This document shows positions 36,687 to 46,720 of a stretch of 64,000 nt of DNA, one piece after another (position 1 is the stretch's first letter; each line of letters begins with the position of its first letter). Location of the stretch: positions 1 to 64,000 of IMG/VR virus record IMGVR_UViG_3300043540_000321. One strand, 5' to 3'. This stretch comes from a virus. Position numbers and translations under genes: made by a program. The notes beneath the pieces were generated by a model that ran no database searches, was not told the DNA's origin, and saw only the letters and a program-made list of their open reading frames with translations.

Positions 36687-36936
36687 GGTCTTGGGGGGGG
36701 GGGGGGGGGAAGTTACTACATTCAAGTCGGATGGTACCTGCCGCTGAGTTGTTATCGAGTGTCAGGTCTATTGGAATATGCCCGGGGTTTTCTTTCATCA
36801 TTTGAACAAAGTAGCCAATGACGCAGTAGATCCCAGTCATATTGCCATAAAGCTCAATTTTTAAGACGCATGAGTTTCCCCCACGCGGTCTAGCTCTGTC
36901 CAAGTCATTCAATTCGCCCACTACTATGACCTCCAT
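36649..36936 (-). CDS. Small hypothetical protein containing the C17 tract
   Basis: 95-aa ATG ORF; the poly-Pro run comes from the homopolymer. Confidence 0.35.
   Translation of the reverse strand: MEVIVVGELNDLDRARPRGGNSCVLKIELYGNMTGIYCVIGYFVQMMKENPGHIPIDLTLDNNSAAGTIRLECSNFPPPPPQDPKADPSDNPGLV
36693..36709. repeat. G17 homopolymer
   Basis: 17 consecutive G just after the UDG-like stop. Confidence 0.9.
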
Positions 36937-38653
36937 TATTTACAGCGAGTCATCCGAAAGAGTTTTAGACGAGGAATTTCTAAAGAATGACACTTGTTTA
37001 TGGATTCCCCGTCCTATATCAGACCTAAATACGGCTGACTTAACAAACGGTCTCAATAGTTTAGACCTTGAGAGGAAAACGCGAGCGTTATACGAGCAGA
37101 CTCTTAAGGAGAATCCCTTCCTTAAAAAGAGACCTTACCAGTTTGAATACGCAGCTCTATACGCAAGTCGCAGAAAAAATATCTGCGCGGGAGCCCCAGG
37201 GATTGGAAAAACCTTGATTGCTGGTCTGACCATCGCATCGGTCTATCCAGACATCAAAAAATCCAGACCTGGTAGAGTTCATGTCATTGTTCCTTCCGTT
37301 GCTTCGGCTAGAGTTCGATGGGCTGTTGACCTTGAACGAATTCCTGCATTAGCGGGGCTCATTCAAGTGATTGACTCAGAAAAAGCAGTCATAGAATCAA
37401 CAGCGCCCGTCTGGGTATATCACATGGACTTGATGAAAAGGCAGTCCAAGTTATTAAAAACAACTCGTAGGTCATTCAGCCGGTTGGCGTTCAAGTTACA
37501 CCGTTTACCTTCGTTCCTGATTGTAGATGAAATTCATAACTTCAAGAAAGGGTCGAAGAGGACACAACATCTCAATTTCATACGAAGACACGCTAAAAGG
37601 GTTCTAGCCCTGTCTGGTACATTATCGGACGGAGACCTACAAGATGTTTCTGACCTGTGCCAGTTAGTATACGGAAACATATGGAATTACTCGTCTAAAG
37701 ACTTTGTCAGAGAGTTCGGGACCAAGACTCAAGTCCAAACGAACTACATGCTCGGAGAGGTAGACCTGGATGATGATGTACCAAAACGCTATCTCGCGCA
37801 TCTATCTGTGGGTAGGCTTCGCCCTTACTACGATGCTGTTTCTCCTTTTATCCACAGAGCGACGTTAGACGACCCCAATATCCGGTGGTGCGTCGACCTT
37901 CCAAAGCTTCTCCCAATAGAAGTCCATGCAGTTCAGATGGACCCAGAGCACGCCGAAGTCTACAGACGAGCTCTTCATCAACACTTCGACGAGATGGAGA
38001 GACTATTACAGTATCCAGATGGGCAGGGCGTTCGAGCGAAAGCGTTCTCTCTTATCCATCGATTAATGAAGGTCTCAAACGCCAAGGACTCCGCGAAGGC
38101 TCGCGAGTGCCTCAATATTGTTCGGGAGGTTATTCGGCGTGGGGAGAAGGCCGTCGTCTTCACTGAATTTATAGACCCAGGTCGACACTTAAAAGAGCTA
38201 TTCAAGAGAGAACTGGGACAGGCTGTCGTGAGGATATATGCCGAAGACGACCTGGAAGAACCCAGACGTTTAAGCGGAGAGGAGAGGGTCGATCGGATTG
38301 ACCGTTTCATGTATGATCCATCCTGCACGGCCGGAATATTCTCCCGCCGTCTGACTGGTGAAAGTATCGATCTGACATCTGCGTCTACATCGGTCTTCCA
38401 CGACTTACCGTGGGAGGCCAAGCGATTTAACCAGGCCGTATCGAGGGTTTACCGCCCGGGTTCAGTAGCTAACGAAGTGCATACTCATGTGACCTGTCAT
38501 GCAGGTACGGTGGATGTTCATGTATGGTCTCTGCTACTGGAGAAGATCCGCTCGTCTCGTCTTCTTCTTGATTATGATGTAGAACAAGGATTGGAAGTCG
38601 GACAAATCGACCCCTTGCAAGTTCTAGCCCGTATTGTGCATCAGGAAAGATAA
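36926..38653 (+). CDS. SNF2-like SF2 helicase/ATPase
   Basis: GAPGIGKT, IVDEIH, ALSGT, VVFTEF, GESIDLT, QAVSRVYRPG. Confidence 0.88.
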   Translation: MTSIIYSESSERVLDEEFLKNDTCLWIPRPISDLNTADLTNGLNSLDLERKTRALYEQTLKENPFLKKRPYQFEYAALYASRRKNICAGAPGIGKTLIAGLTIASVYPDIKKSRPGRVHVIVPSVASARVRWAVDLERIPALAGLIQVIDSEKAVIESTAPVWVYHMDLMKRQSKLLKTTRRSFSRLAFKLHRLPSFLIVDEIHNFKKGSKRTQHLNFIRRHAKRVLALSGTLSDGDLQDVSDLCQLVYGNIWNYSSKDFVREFGTKTQVQTNYMLGEVDLDDDVPKRYLAHLSVGRLRPYYDAVSPFIHRATLDDPNIRWCVDLPKLLPIEVHAVQMDPEHAEVYRRALHQHFDEMERLLQYPDGQGVRAKAFSLIHRLMKVSNAKDSAKARECLNIVREVIRRGEKAVVFTEFIDPGRHLKELFKRELGQAVVRIYAEDDLEEPRRLSGEERVDRIDRFMYDPSCTAGIFSRRLTGESIDLTSASTSVFHDLPWEAKRFNQAVSRVYRPGSVANEVHTHVTCHAGTVDVHVWSLLLEKIRSSRLLLDYDVEQGLEVGQIDPLQVLARIVHQER

Positions 38654-39762
38654 TGTCCAATCTTGCATTGCAACTCGACCCTCAATATTGGAGGGATTTT
38701 AAGTTTCACAGTAGAGAAGCCAAACGCCTCCGCCATTTCTTAGAGGGAAACCCCTCAGATTTCCCCCCGGCGATCACGGTATCTGGATTTACAGGTACAG
38801 GAAAGGGTGCAGCCGTCCGCTTATTTCTTCGTGCTGCCCTGTGTCCCAACAGGAAGACCGGAGAGAGCGAATTATGTGGAGAGTGCGAGGTCTGCCGGTC
38901 AGACCCGAGAACCAGCAACCCCACCGGGAATTGGTTCTGGGTTCAACGAGGTCAAGATGCCACGCTGGCTGAGCAGTTTAAGAAAGTGATCGCGGAGGCA
39001 TTCCGTCCTCCTAACGGTTTCGCGGCTGATCATCTGAACCGTAAGTTCGTTGTTTTTGACGAGCTGCAAAGTGTACCTCGCGATCGCCTTCAGGACTTAT
39101 TGTTCTACCCTGAGCTCCCCTGCGTGATAGAGCGAACGAAAGTTACCTTCATCTTTATAACGATGGAGGAGGAGAGAGTCGATCCAACGACGCTGAAAGC
39201 TCTTGTCGATAGGACGTTTTATATGCGGTTCCGCCAGCTCCAGGACCACGAGATTGCCTCTTATATCCAGGAGAAATTTCCAAGTATGCCGGACGAGTCC
39301 GTCGAGTTAATAACGAAGCGGGCCGGAGGAAGTATTCGCAGCGCCCTGGCGGCGATCGACTCCTGCAAGATAGACGACCCCTATTTCCATCCAGTCAGCG
39401 TGGCGGAAACACTCTACTATGCCACTCGAGTCGAGAGACTGAAGCTGTATGAGATGCTCAGGATGTGTCGTTTCAATGCGAACTACTACCGAGAAATTAA
39501 TGAGTGGTGGAAACAGAATAGCGGCAGCATTGACCCCCACCAGTTAATTCAGCAGATCTTCTCCGATATCGATAAGGCTATGTGCAACCATCCTCATCAG
39601 GATCACCTGTTTGCAAAGGATATCCTCTATCGATATCTCACATCGACCGCTCCGTTGCGACCCCTCGATGTGTTGAAAATGCTGGCAGGCAAAGACCTCG
39701 CCGAGCCAGATGACCTTTCCCCGGAGACACCGAATGGTTATCAGCGAGTCTTCTCTCAATAG
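38653..39762 (+). CDS. dnaX: Clamp-loader subunit (DnaX gamma/tau- or delta'-like AAA+)
   Basis: GFTGTGKG, Zn motif C..ELCGECEVC, FVVFDELQ, FIFIT, RFRQL, GGSIRSAL. Confidence 0.8.
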   Translation: MSNLALQLDPQYWRDFKFHSREAKRLRHFLEGNPSDFPPAITVSGFTGTGKGAAVRLFLRAALCPNRKTGESELCGECEVCRSDPRTSNPTGNWFWVQRGQDATLAEQFKKVIAEAFRPPNGFAADHLNRKFVVFDELQSVPRDRLQDLLFYPELPCVIERTKVTFIFITMEEERVDPTTLKALVDRTFYMRFRQLQDHEIASYIQEKFPSMPDESVELITKRAGGSIRSALAAIDSCKIDDPYFHPVSVAETLYYATRVERLKLYEMLRMCRFNANYYREINEWWKQNSGSIDPHQLIQQIFSDIDKAMCNHPHQDHLFAKDILYRYLTSTAPLRPLDVLKMLAGKDLAEPDDLSPETPNGYQRVFSQ

Positions 39763-40615
39763 CCTTTTGTCTCAAGTTGAGACAGGTAAGACTTATGTTG
39801 TGAAAGGAGCTCCACATCGACTGTACTGGATGCTCCGAAACGAGCCAAAGGTAGAGTTTCTGTGGAAGGTGAGTTTTCAAACGATGAAGGAGCATGTAGA
39901 GGGAGGGTTCTTCCCAGAGCCTAAGACCTACATTGCAATTCCTAACGAGCCTTTTCCAAAGGGGTTCAAGATGAACCCACGGCCCGAGTATCGCGTCTTT
40001 ATTCTGTGCAGCCCCTTTGATACTTTGGAGGGACCCCAGGAGAAGTTATATAAATGCGGGCTTCCTCAGATCGACTTGACTAAAGTCGACTGGGATAAAG
40101 AAAAGGGGAGTTTAATAAAAGATGCGCGGTGGCAACGGCTGGCGATCGACTTCGATGACTTATTCAGGCTGGAGTTTCAAGTGAAACTCCCAGACCCATT
40201 GGATTACAATGTGTATGACGATGTCGGAGAGAAGACTGCCGTTGAGTTAGTAGAGGCTCTCCATCGCCCAGATGCCGTTAAGGTCTGGTCATCCATACCC
40301 AGACGGTTAATTTACCCCCTTTTTCTTCCACACGAGCCAGAGAAGTCGATCCTGTACGCCACTTTGGTGACCGGGTCGAAGAAGTATAATACCTACGCGA
40401 TGTGCCCGCCGCTGTGGGTTTATTTAGAGGCTTTCCTCGGTCGCTACTCCACCTTAGAAGCCACAGCTTCCATGTTTGCGACCTGGGTTAGAGCGGCAAG
40501 TACCATACTTGCGACCGAAAGATGCCCTGGGTTTTATCCCAAGATTTATAAAGGGAAGACCTATTGGTCGTTTACCCCTTCGAACGAAGCTCATCAATTC
40601 GCAATCAACTACTGA
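39734..40615 (+). CDS. Hypothetical protein, possible clamp-loader delta (HolA-like) subunit
   Basis: About 290 aa directly after the dnaX-like gene; KTYVVKG resembles the HolA N-terminus; weak. Confidence 0.4.
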   Translation: MVISESSLNSLLSQVETGKTYVVKGAPHRLYWMLRNEPKVEFLWKVSFQTMKEHVEGGFFPEPKTYIAIPNEPFPKGFKMNPRPEYRVFILCSPFDTLEGPQEKLYKCGLPQIDLTKVDWDKEKGSLIKDARWQRLAIDFDDLFRLEFQVKLPDPLDYNVYDDVGEKTAVELVEALHRPDAVKVWSSIPRRLIYPLFLPHEPEKSILYATLVTGSKKYNTYAMCPPLWVYLEAFLGRYSTLEATASMFATWVRAASTILATERCPGFYPKIYKGKTYWSFTPSNEAHQFAINY

Positions 40616-40620
40616 CTGAA

Positions 40621-41976
40621 ATGACCAAGAAAAACAACGACTCCAACACTTTACCGGAATCTACCGACCTGACCCAAGCAAAACCCTCGGCTCTGAGTGC
40701 CTTCAGAGGTGTGTCAGGGTTGGGAGTAGAAGTCCAACCGCTAGTCGCGGACGAAGCTCCTAGTGAGCTTCAGTCTCTCGTCCAGAAGATCATTCCGGGT
40801 CAAAACCCGTTCGCCAAGTTTCGCAACTCTCGGGTAGCTCAAGACACCGATATTGCCTGGTGGGCTCCTGGTACCGAGCTGGTTGAGCTCAAGGACGTAC
40901 TGGCGATTCGAGGGATTATCCTTCGCTCGGCCTCTGGTCTCAAGCATTACCTCAATGGACCTAACCCCAAAGAGGACCGGAAGTTGCTCTGTCAGACCAT
41001 TTCGATGCACCCCTCTGGCTGGAGTGATCCAGTTCACTCTAACGTTCCGTTCCCACGTCCGATTTATGGGGCTCAGGAGTACAACAAGCCCTATGTCCCA
41101 AGTCGAGAGATTCTGGTCTATAACCCCTCGGGGTACCGGGGTCCTTGTGAGGAATGCGTACGCAATGGAACCTACGTTGCGAAGCATCCAGAGGCAAAAG
41201 AGTCTTCAACCTGCGGCGGAGAGACGACTGTTCTATTCCTGGCGTTGGAATTTGGGATTGGCGATATTGACCTGAGTGTGAAGCGGAAAATCGTGCGGCA
41301 GTGGGTTCCGTTCAACGAACTGAAACACTACGACCAGAAAACGCCTCTCTATCCAAAGCCACCCATTATTAATCTGAGTCTGTCGACTTCAGTCGCCAAC
41401 AAAACGACGGCGAAGATTTTAACGGAGCCGAACAGCCCTGTTCCTAAAGAGGCGAAGGTCTGTAAAGCTTTCATCGACTACCTTTACAACAACGGCATCG
41501 TTCAGTCTGTCAAGGGCGAGTTGTACTATCCAGCTATCGTTGAAGTCTGGGCAGCTCAGGCTCCTAAAGAGGAGCAGGTAGCCACCATCAAGTGTATCCC
41601 GGCCTTTAACTTGGTGGAAGTCCTCGACTTGGGCGACCCAGCGTATGCCGAGATGATCGCCTACTACAAGAGTGAGTTTGTAGCCAACGGGGGAGAACTC
41701 GATGAAGAGGGTCGCATCCGAGAGCCCAGACCCTACATCGCGGAGGTGCCCAATATCGAAGGGATTGTTTACGGTCCAGAAGTCGCCGCTGCTGAGAAGT
41801 CAACGGTCGTTGCTACTCCATCGTTCAATCCGTTTACGAATGGAGCTCCTATTCCAGTAACGGCGACTCCTGTACCAGACGAGATGCCGGCTGTAACCGC
41901 TCGGACGCCCCGAGCTAATAACGGTTCGACCAACGGAGACAGTGTTTCCAACGAACCCAACTTGTTCGAAGAGTAA
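40621..41976 (+). CDS. Hypothetical protein, possible phage ssDNA-binding protein
   Basis: GPCEEC..STC Cys cluster, acidic/disordered tail ending NLFEE; located in the replication block. Confidence 0.45.
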   Translation: MTKKNNDSNTLPESTDLTQAKPSALSAFRGVSGLGVEVQPLVADEAPSELQSLVQKIIPGQNPFAKFRNSRVAQDTDIAWWAPGTELVELKDVLAIRGIILRSASGLKHYLNGPNPKEDRKLLCQTISMHPSGWSDPVHSNVPFPRPIYGAQEYNKPYVPSREILVYNPSGYRGPCEECVRNGTYVAKHPEAKESSTCGGETTVLFLALEFGIGDIDLSVKRKIVRQWVPFNELKHYDQKTPLYPKPPIINLSLSTSVANKTTAKILTEPNSPVPKEAKVCKAFIDYLYNNGIVQSVKGELYYPAIVEVWAAQAPKEEQVATIKCIPAFNLVEVLDLGDPAYAEMIAYYKSEFVANGGELDEEGRIREPRPYIAEVPNIEGIVYGPEVAAAEKSTVVATPSFNPFTNGAPIPVTATPVPDEMPAVTARTPRANNGSTNGDSVSNEPNLFEE

Positions 41977-41991
41977 ACGTTAATTGCAATG

Positions 41992-42030
41992 ACGAACGGT
42001 TCAAAATCTTGAACCGTTCGTATTTTTTTT
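41992..42030 (+). terminator. Rho-independent terminator
   Basis: ACGAACGGTTCAA-AATC-TTGAACCGTTCGT then ATTTTTTTT. Confidence 0.85.
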
Positions 42031-42039
42031 CAAAGAAAG

Positions 42040-43548
42040 ATGGTCACTATTGAATTTGACGCCTGCCAGGCAATTATTAAAGGGGAGATTCTCGATCCGG
42101 ACACGTCATCAGCCCTCCTCGAAAAATTTACTTATGTCGATAGGTCAGACCTCTTTGCGAAAAAGTATAAGAACCCGAATATTCAACCGAAAGAGACCCG
42201 ATTTTTCAAACCTGGGTCTCCCTTCGCGGGTCATGGTGGGTCACTTCCAACTGGCATCCTCCCATTGGTAGCGGATATCCTCTCAGACAGAGGAATCGGG
42301 TTTCAAATTGTCAATAATGCCCCTCAGATCTTTCCCTCCAGCCCTGATGCTTTCTTAGCCAGGGTGCAAGCTATGGGTAAGTCTCCTCGCCCCTACCAGC
42401 ATGAAGCGACTCAGGCTGCTCTGACCTGGCTGCGAGGAGTTATTAAAATTCCTACGGGTGACGGGAAGACTCTGGTGATGGCCTACTTTATCAGCCATTT
42501 TCCAGAGGCTAAGATAGTTGTCACAGCCGATAGCGTCAACCTGGTGAATCAACTTGTGCGCGAGCTGTCTAACTATCTGGACGAAAATGTTGGGATCTTT
42601 GGGGACGGCAAGAAAATTATTAAAAGAGTCACTGTGATGACGAATGCGTCAGCCTGCAGTAGACATGAGGTCTTGGCGGATGCTGACATTCTTATCTGCG
42701 ATGAGGCTCACCGAGTAGGCCCTAAGCTCTCAAGCACCATCAACAAGTACGCGAAGAAAACAGCAGCCCGAATTGGATTCACAGCAACCGCGCTAAAGGA
42801 CAAAGAAGGACTGTTTCAAACAGCGGCACTGGGGCCTATTATTTATTGGCGAGACGAGACAGAGAGCATCGAAACTGGAACTATGCTCACTCCAGAGTTC
42901 TACGTTATTAGAGTGCCCGACCCAAAGTTGATCTATCCCGATGCTCAAGTGGATAGAAATACAAATGCTGTCTGGTATCCGACTCCAACAGGTAAGCCAG
43001 ATCCTTCTGGCGTTTATGACCTGGCGTTGCATCGGAACCGCGATCGCAACGAGATCATTCTCGATCTCGCCGAGGCATTCTACCGAAGTGATTGGACTTT
43101 TCCGGGTCTAATTATGGTAGAACGAATAGACGCAGGGAACTTCTTCACCTCTGAGCTGGCAAAACGAGGGATTCATGCTCCTTACCTGTACAGCAAGACT
43201 GAAAAGGAGGAACGGGACGTTATCCTCGCGGGCCTCGAGAACTGCACCTTAAAGTTGGCCGTGGGCGGGAGAACCTTTGTCACGGGTTTGGACCTTCCTC
43301 TATCTTTCTGTATTCTTGCGTGTGGAGGTACCAGTTGGGTATCTTACAAGCAGCGGAACGGAAGGTTTCTCCGCTCAAACCGACCAGGTAAGACGAGAGC
43401 GATACTGGTTGACTTCCATGACGAGGAAGAGTTTTATCTAGAGACGGCTTCTGTAAAACGGCAGAAGTTCATGTCAGATTTCTACGGGGTTAACCCAGTA
43501 GAGTTAAAAGTCGAAGTGTTACTTGAACTGCTTCGAAATTTACGGTAG
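42040..43548 (+). CDS. SF2 DEAH helicase (UvsW/XPB-like)
   Basis: PRPYQHEA, IPTGDGKT, ICDEAH, GFTATA, TGLDLP, QRNGRFLR. Confidence 0.9.
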   Translation: MVTIEFDACQAIIKGEILDPDTSSALLEKFTYVDRSDLFAKKYKNPNIQPKETRFFKPGSPFAGHGGSLPTGILPLVADILSDRGIGFQIVNNAPQIFPSSPDAFLARVQAMGKSPRPYQHEATQAALTWLRGVIKIPTGDGKTLVMAYFISHFPEAKIVVTADSVNLVNQLVRELSNYLDENVGIFGDGKKIIKRVTVMTNASACSRHEVLADADILICDEAHRVGPKLSSTINKYAKKTAARIGFTATALKDKEGLFQTAALGPIIYWRDETESIETGTMLTPEFYVIRVPDPKLIYPDAQVDRNTNAVWYPTPTGKPDPSGVYDLALHRNRDRNEIILDLAEAFYRSDWTFPGLIMVERIDAGNFFTSELAKRGIHAPYLYSKTEKEERDVILAGLENCTLKLAVGGRTFVTGLDLPLSFCILACGGTSWVSYKQRNGRFLRSNRPGKTRAILVDFHDEEEFYLETASVKRQKFMSDFYGVNPVELKVEVLLELLRNLR

Positions 43549-43608
43549 CTTTTGCACACCGGACTTCGAGTTAACTAGAAACAGAAAACCCGCTCAGGAG
43601 TAACGCTA

Positions 43609-44109
43609 ATGCAGAGTTTGCCTGTCGCGCCTGCGACAGTCAGGTTCTTTATCAGAGAGACCTATATTTCTCTTCTCTACACGCGCTTCCAGAATACTGG
43701 TGCAATTTACTGCCTTTACAGCGATTTTAATAAAGTACTCGAAACAGTCAGCCAACAACTCGAAATCAACTCGGTAGCCCACGTCCTGGACGAATTGAAT
43801 TGGGCAGAAGAAGACACCGAAGATGTTATCAAAGACGTTCTTGAGTCTTTAGAGTATTTACTGCGTACTCAGCTACAGCCACCGCGCAGCAAAGTTGAAT
43901 ATCTGGAACGCTTGAAACGATTCCACTTCAAGTTATTCCAAATTTATGGAGAGAGTATTCCAGACTCCCTCGTTGTTCTAAATCGCCAGTCTTTGGGACT
44001 AGGAGAAAAAATCTCTCAAAGTCTTCGGGTTTCAAAGTCGGATGTTCAACGAGCTATCGAAGAAGCTAAATTGAAAGCCCAATACCCGCAGGAATCTTTA
44101 TGTCTCTAA
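43609..44109 (+). CDS. Hypothetical protein, possible C-terminal HTH
   Basis: EKISQSLRVSKSDVQRAI. Confidence 0.6.
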   Translation: MQSLPVAPATVRFFIRETYISLLYTRFQNTGAIYCLYSDFNKVLETVSQQLEINSVAHVLDELNWAEEDTEDVIKDVLESLEYLLRTQLQPPRSKVEYLERLKRFHFKLFQIYGESIPDSLVVLNRQSLGLGEKISQSLRVSKSDVQRAIEEAKLKAQYPQESLCL

Positions 44110-45278
44110 GTTCTCTCAATGAATCTGCCCGCCAGGCACTCAATTTAACGTTCAAAGAAGGTCGTCAATCCTGTCCATTCTGTGGGGGCAGCGACGACTT
44201 TCGTATTAAGGAAGGTCGATATCACTGTTTTAAGCCGGAGTGTCTTCGATCCGGTCGGTTGGAATATCTCATCTATGACATCCAGGTTGTGCGGGGAGAA
44301 GTCCCTCCCAGAGAGAAAGTCTCTCACCTGGACAAGTTCAAATGGCGGCAGCACATCCAGATTATGGAGAGGGCGATGAACCTCTATGCAGCAGCCGTTG
44401 ATGATACAGCGATCGAGATTCTGAATGAGAGAGGACTGGTCAACGTTCTCGAGCGAGTCACCTTTGGTTATGCTCCGCATGACCATTATCTGAGAGACAA
44501 TGGCATGTCTCTCAAGGAGTTAGAGACTACCAACCTCATTAATGACTACGGGAAAGAGGTATTCAGCGGAAGGATTGTCTTCCCGATCAGTCGCAATGGA
44601 GCCATCGTGCATATGCAGGGGAGAGCGATCGACCCAGAGGCACAAGTCCGGTGGCTATCTATGCGGACACCCGACTCCATCTCTCCGATCAATCGCTACC
44701 TCTATGGGGAAGACTTCTTCTTGAAGCGTAGCTCGATTGAAACGTTGGTTGTCTCGGAGGGGATTTCGGACACGCTCTCTGTGCGAGAGATCCGAGTGCC
44801 CGCTGTTGGAACGTTCGGAGTTGACATTGACTTCTCGACTTTCGGAATATTCGAGCGGGTAGAAACAGCCATTTTCATGTTTGATAATGACGTGTTCCCT
44901 TTAGGAAGTCCTCTCGGAGGTTTATATAAGAGTTGGTCTGCAGCATTTAGAGGGTTACTCGCGTTGCGGAAAAAGTATCCGGCAATGAACATCCTCTGCT
45001 GTCCGCCGCCTCGATCGTATGGAAAGGACAGCAACGACTGGTTGCGGTCTGGCGAGCTGACTCAGGAGTCTTTCCAACAGTGGGTTTACGCGACGAAGCG
45101 CCCTTTAGAAAAGTTCATGATTGAAGAGTTTGGGCATCGGTTAGACTTCCAAACTCTTCTCTTAAAACTTGTTGGAGTAAACGAGCGGGAAGAGGACGTG
45201 TCACTATTAAGGGAGAAGGCTCTAAACATAGAGCCTGACCCTATCCGCTATGCGATGAGACTGATATGTCAATCGTGA
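44100..45278 (+). CDS. dnaG: DnaG-like DNA primase
   Basis: Zn finger CPFC..YHCF..C; FSGRIVFPI..MQGRAI; TOPRIM VSEGISD and FDND. Confidence 0.88.
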   Translation: MSLSSLNESARQALNLTFKEGRQSCPFCGGSDDFRIKEGRYHCFKPECLRSGRLEYLIYDIQVVRGEVPPREKVSHLDKFKWRQHIQIMERAMNLYAAAVDDTAIEILNERGLVNVLERVTFGYAPHDHYLRDNGMSLKELETTNLINDYGKEVFSGRIVFPISRNGAIVHMQGRAIDPEAQVRWLSMRTPDSISPINRYLYGEDFFLKRSSIETLVVSEGISDTLSVREIRVPAVGTFGVDIDFSTFGIFERVETAIFMFDNDVFPLGSPLGGLYKSWSAAFRGLLALRKKYPAMNILCCPPPRSYGKDSNDWLRSGELTQESFQQWVYATKRPLEKFMIEEFGHRLDFQTLLLKLVGVNEREEDVSLLREKALNIEPDPIRYAMRLICQS

Positions 45279-46159
45279 TCGCAAGTGCTGGGTCTAAAGC
45301 GTTGGCTGGACCCGTCATCTTGCTTGCTATTCACTTCCTCGAACCTATACCCGACCTGCCAGGTATCGTCTGCCGAAGAGAGGGGAAACGATACCTGGCA
45401 AAGGCTCGTCATGCTGCTCTCTATCCCCAGATTGCATCGATAAATAGGATAGAGTCCGTCCAGTCCTTCGAGCCAGACGAAGTGGACGAGGTGGGTTGTC
45501 TCCAACTCTATTCAGACCACATGGAGCGGCTGTGCTACTACGTTGCTGCAGAGGCTGGTATTCCAACATCAGATATTGTGGCCTGTCTGACGGACAACGA
45601 ACTCCCAGGGTCGACTTTTATTAAGTCCTACCGAGACACTTCTTCAAATGAGGCGATCGTCGCTGGCATGATCGCCTTTGAGTATTTTCGTAAGAGGGTT
45701 CATATCTATGCAGAGAGATACCCTCAGTACGGTTGGGCGTCGAACTCCGGAATGCCATCCCGCGAGCACATGCTTGCCATTATGAAGGATGGCTTGGTGC
45801 CGGGTATTCACAGGTTATCCACTCGAAAAACGTTGGCGAGCTGGTTGCTGAAACAGCTCTGTGACCAGAAAGAAGACTGCAAGGATTACTACCGCTATTT
45901 CCGCAAGGACCCGAAATGGTGGAAGAGACTTTTTGGGAGCAACCCTGGGTTTAACTTTACGTCTCATCTCCCCGCTCGGGAGAGACAGATTTTGGACGTG
46001 ATGACCGTATTTCTAAATCCTAACCACCAAATCTCGTCCTACCCCGACGAGTTCCTCTACACTTGGTTGGAGATGGCTCCAGAGGGAGTACTGAGTGCCG
46101 AGGGTGAACAGAAGTTGAAGGAGCTGCGAGAAAGGTATGGAGGCGAAGGAAAGACTTGA
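45266..46159 (+). CDS. RNase HII-like protein lacking canonical acidic catalytic residues
   Basis: IASAGSKALAGPVI (cf. GxDEAGRGxLAGPV); AIVAGMIA; YPQYGW.SNSG..H..I..G..HR. Confidence 0.7.
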   Translation: MSIVIASAGSKALAGPVILLAIHFLEPIPDLPGIVCRREGKRYLAKARHAALYPQIASINRIESVQSFEPDEVDEVGCLQLYSDHMERLCYYVAAEAGIPTSDIVACLTDNELPGSTFIKSYRDTSSNEAIVAGMIAFEYFRKRVHIYAERYPQYGWASNSGMPSREHMLAIMKDGLVPGIHRLSTRKTLASWLLKQLCDQKEDCKDYYRYFRKDPKWWKRLFGSNPGFNFTSHLPARERQILDVMTVFLNPNHQISSYPDEFLYTWLEMAPEGVLSAEGEQKLKELRERYGGEGKT

Positions 46160-46580
46160 GTTCTTACTGTCAAACGAGCCTGCTCATCTAGATTATTTAC
46201 ATAAGATTCTTCGAATAGACGCACTGGTCTGTCGACTTACTACGAATCAAATTAAAAGAGGAGAGACAGATATCTCCGGGTTCTATACCCTCATGAATTT
46301 AATAACAAATGAATACCGAGCGGTTTCCTTTAGAGAAGGGGCTAGAAAGTTCATTCTTCTGCTGCAAGAGACTAAAGTGTCTTTCAATGACTCAGATGAC
46401 GCTAAGTTGATCTCGCTCGAAAGTGCCCTGGCGATAGCTCATCTGTCGCCGTGGATATTCTTTGATGATGACGCTCGTGTAAGTAAAATTCTGATTGTTT
46501 ACCTCTCAGTTCTTCGTCCAGCCGTGCGTAGTTTGGCCGAGGAATGCCTTAACATAAACACCGACGAAATTCCGTTCTAG
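46137..46580 (+). CDS. Hypothetical protein
   Basis: 147-aa ORF overlapping the upstream gene. Confidence 0.6.
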   Translation: MEAKERLEFLLSNEPAHLDYLHKILRIDALVCRLTTNQIKRGETDISGFYTLMNLITNEYRAVSFREGARKFILLLQETKVSFNDSDDAKLISLESALAIAHLSPWIFFDDDARVSKILIVYLSVLRPAVRSLAEECLNINTDEIPF

Positions 46581-46720
46581 CTCTATAGCGAAGTTCTCTA
46601 AAACCGAATCAAATTGTAGGTGCGACAACGTGCCCAAGAGATAGGAACGAAGTGATTTATATCACCTAAGAGGTATACAGATAAGCTAACGTAGATGTAT
46701 GCGTATACTTCTGGTGCCTT

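Noticed and set aside
2829-46632. Shared 10-mer CAACGTGCCC in two intergenic regions (about 2829 reverse strand, about 46626)
   Set aside because: Only two copies of a 10-mer; compatible with chance
46581-46720. 140-bp intergenic gap as a tRNA or other ncRNA
   Set aside because: Only short imperfect dyads (GTGATTTATATCAC, GTATAC x2); no cloverleaf or known motif; probably a promoter region
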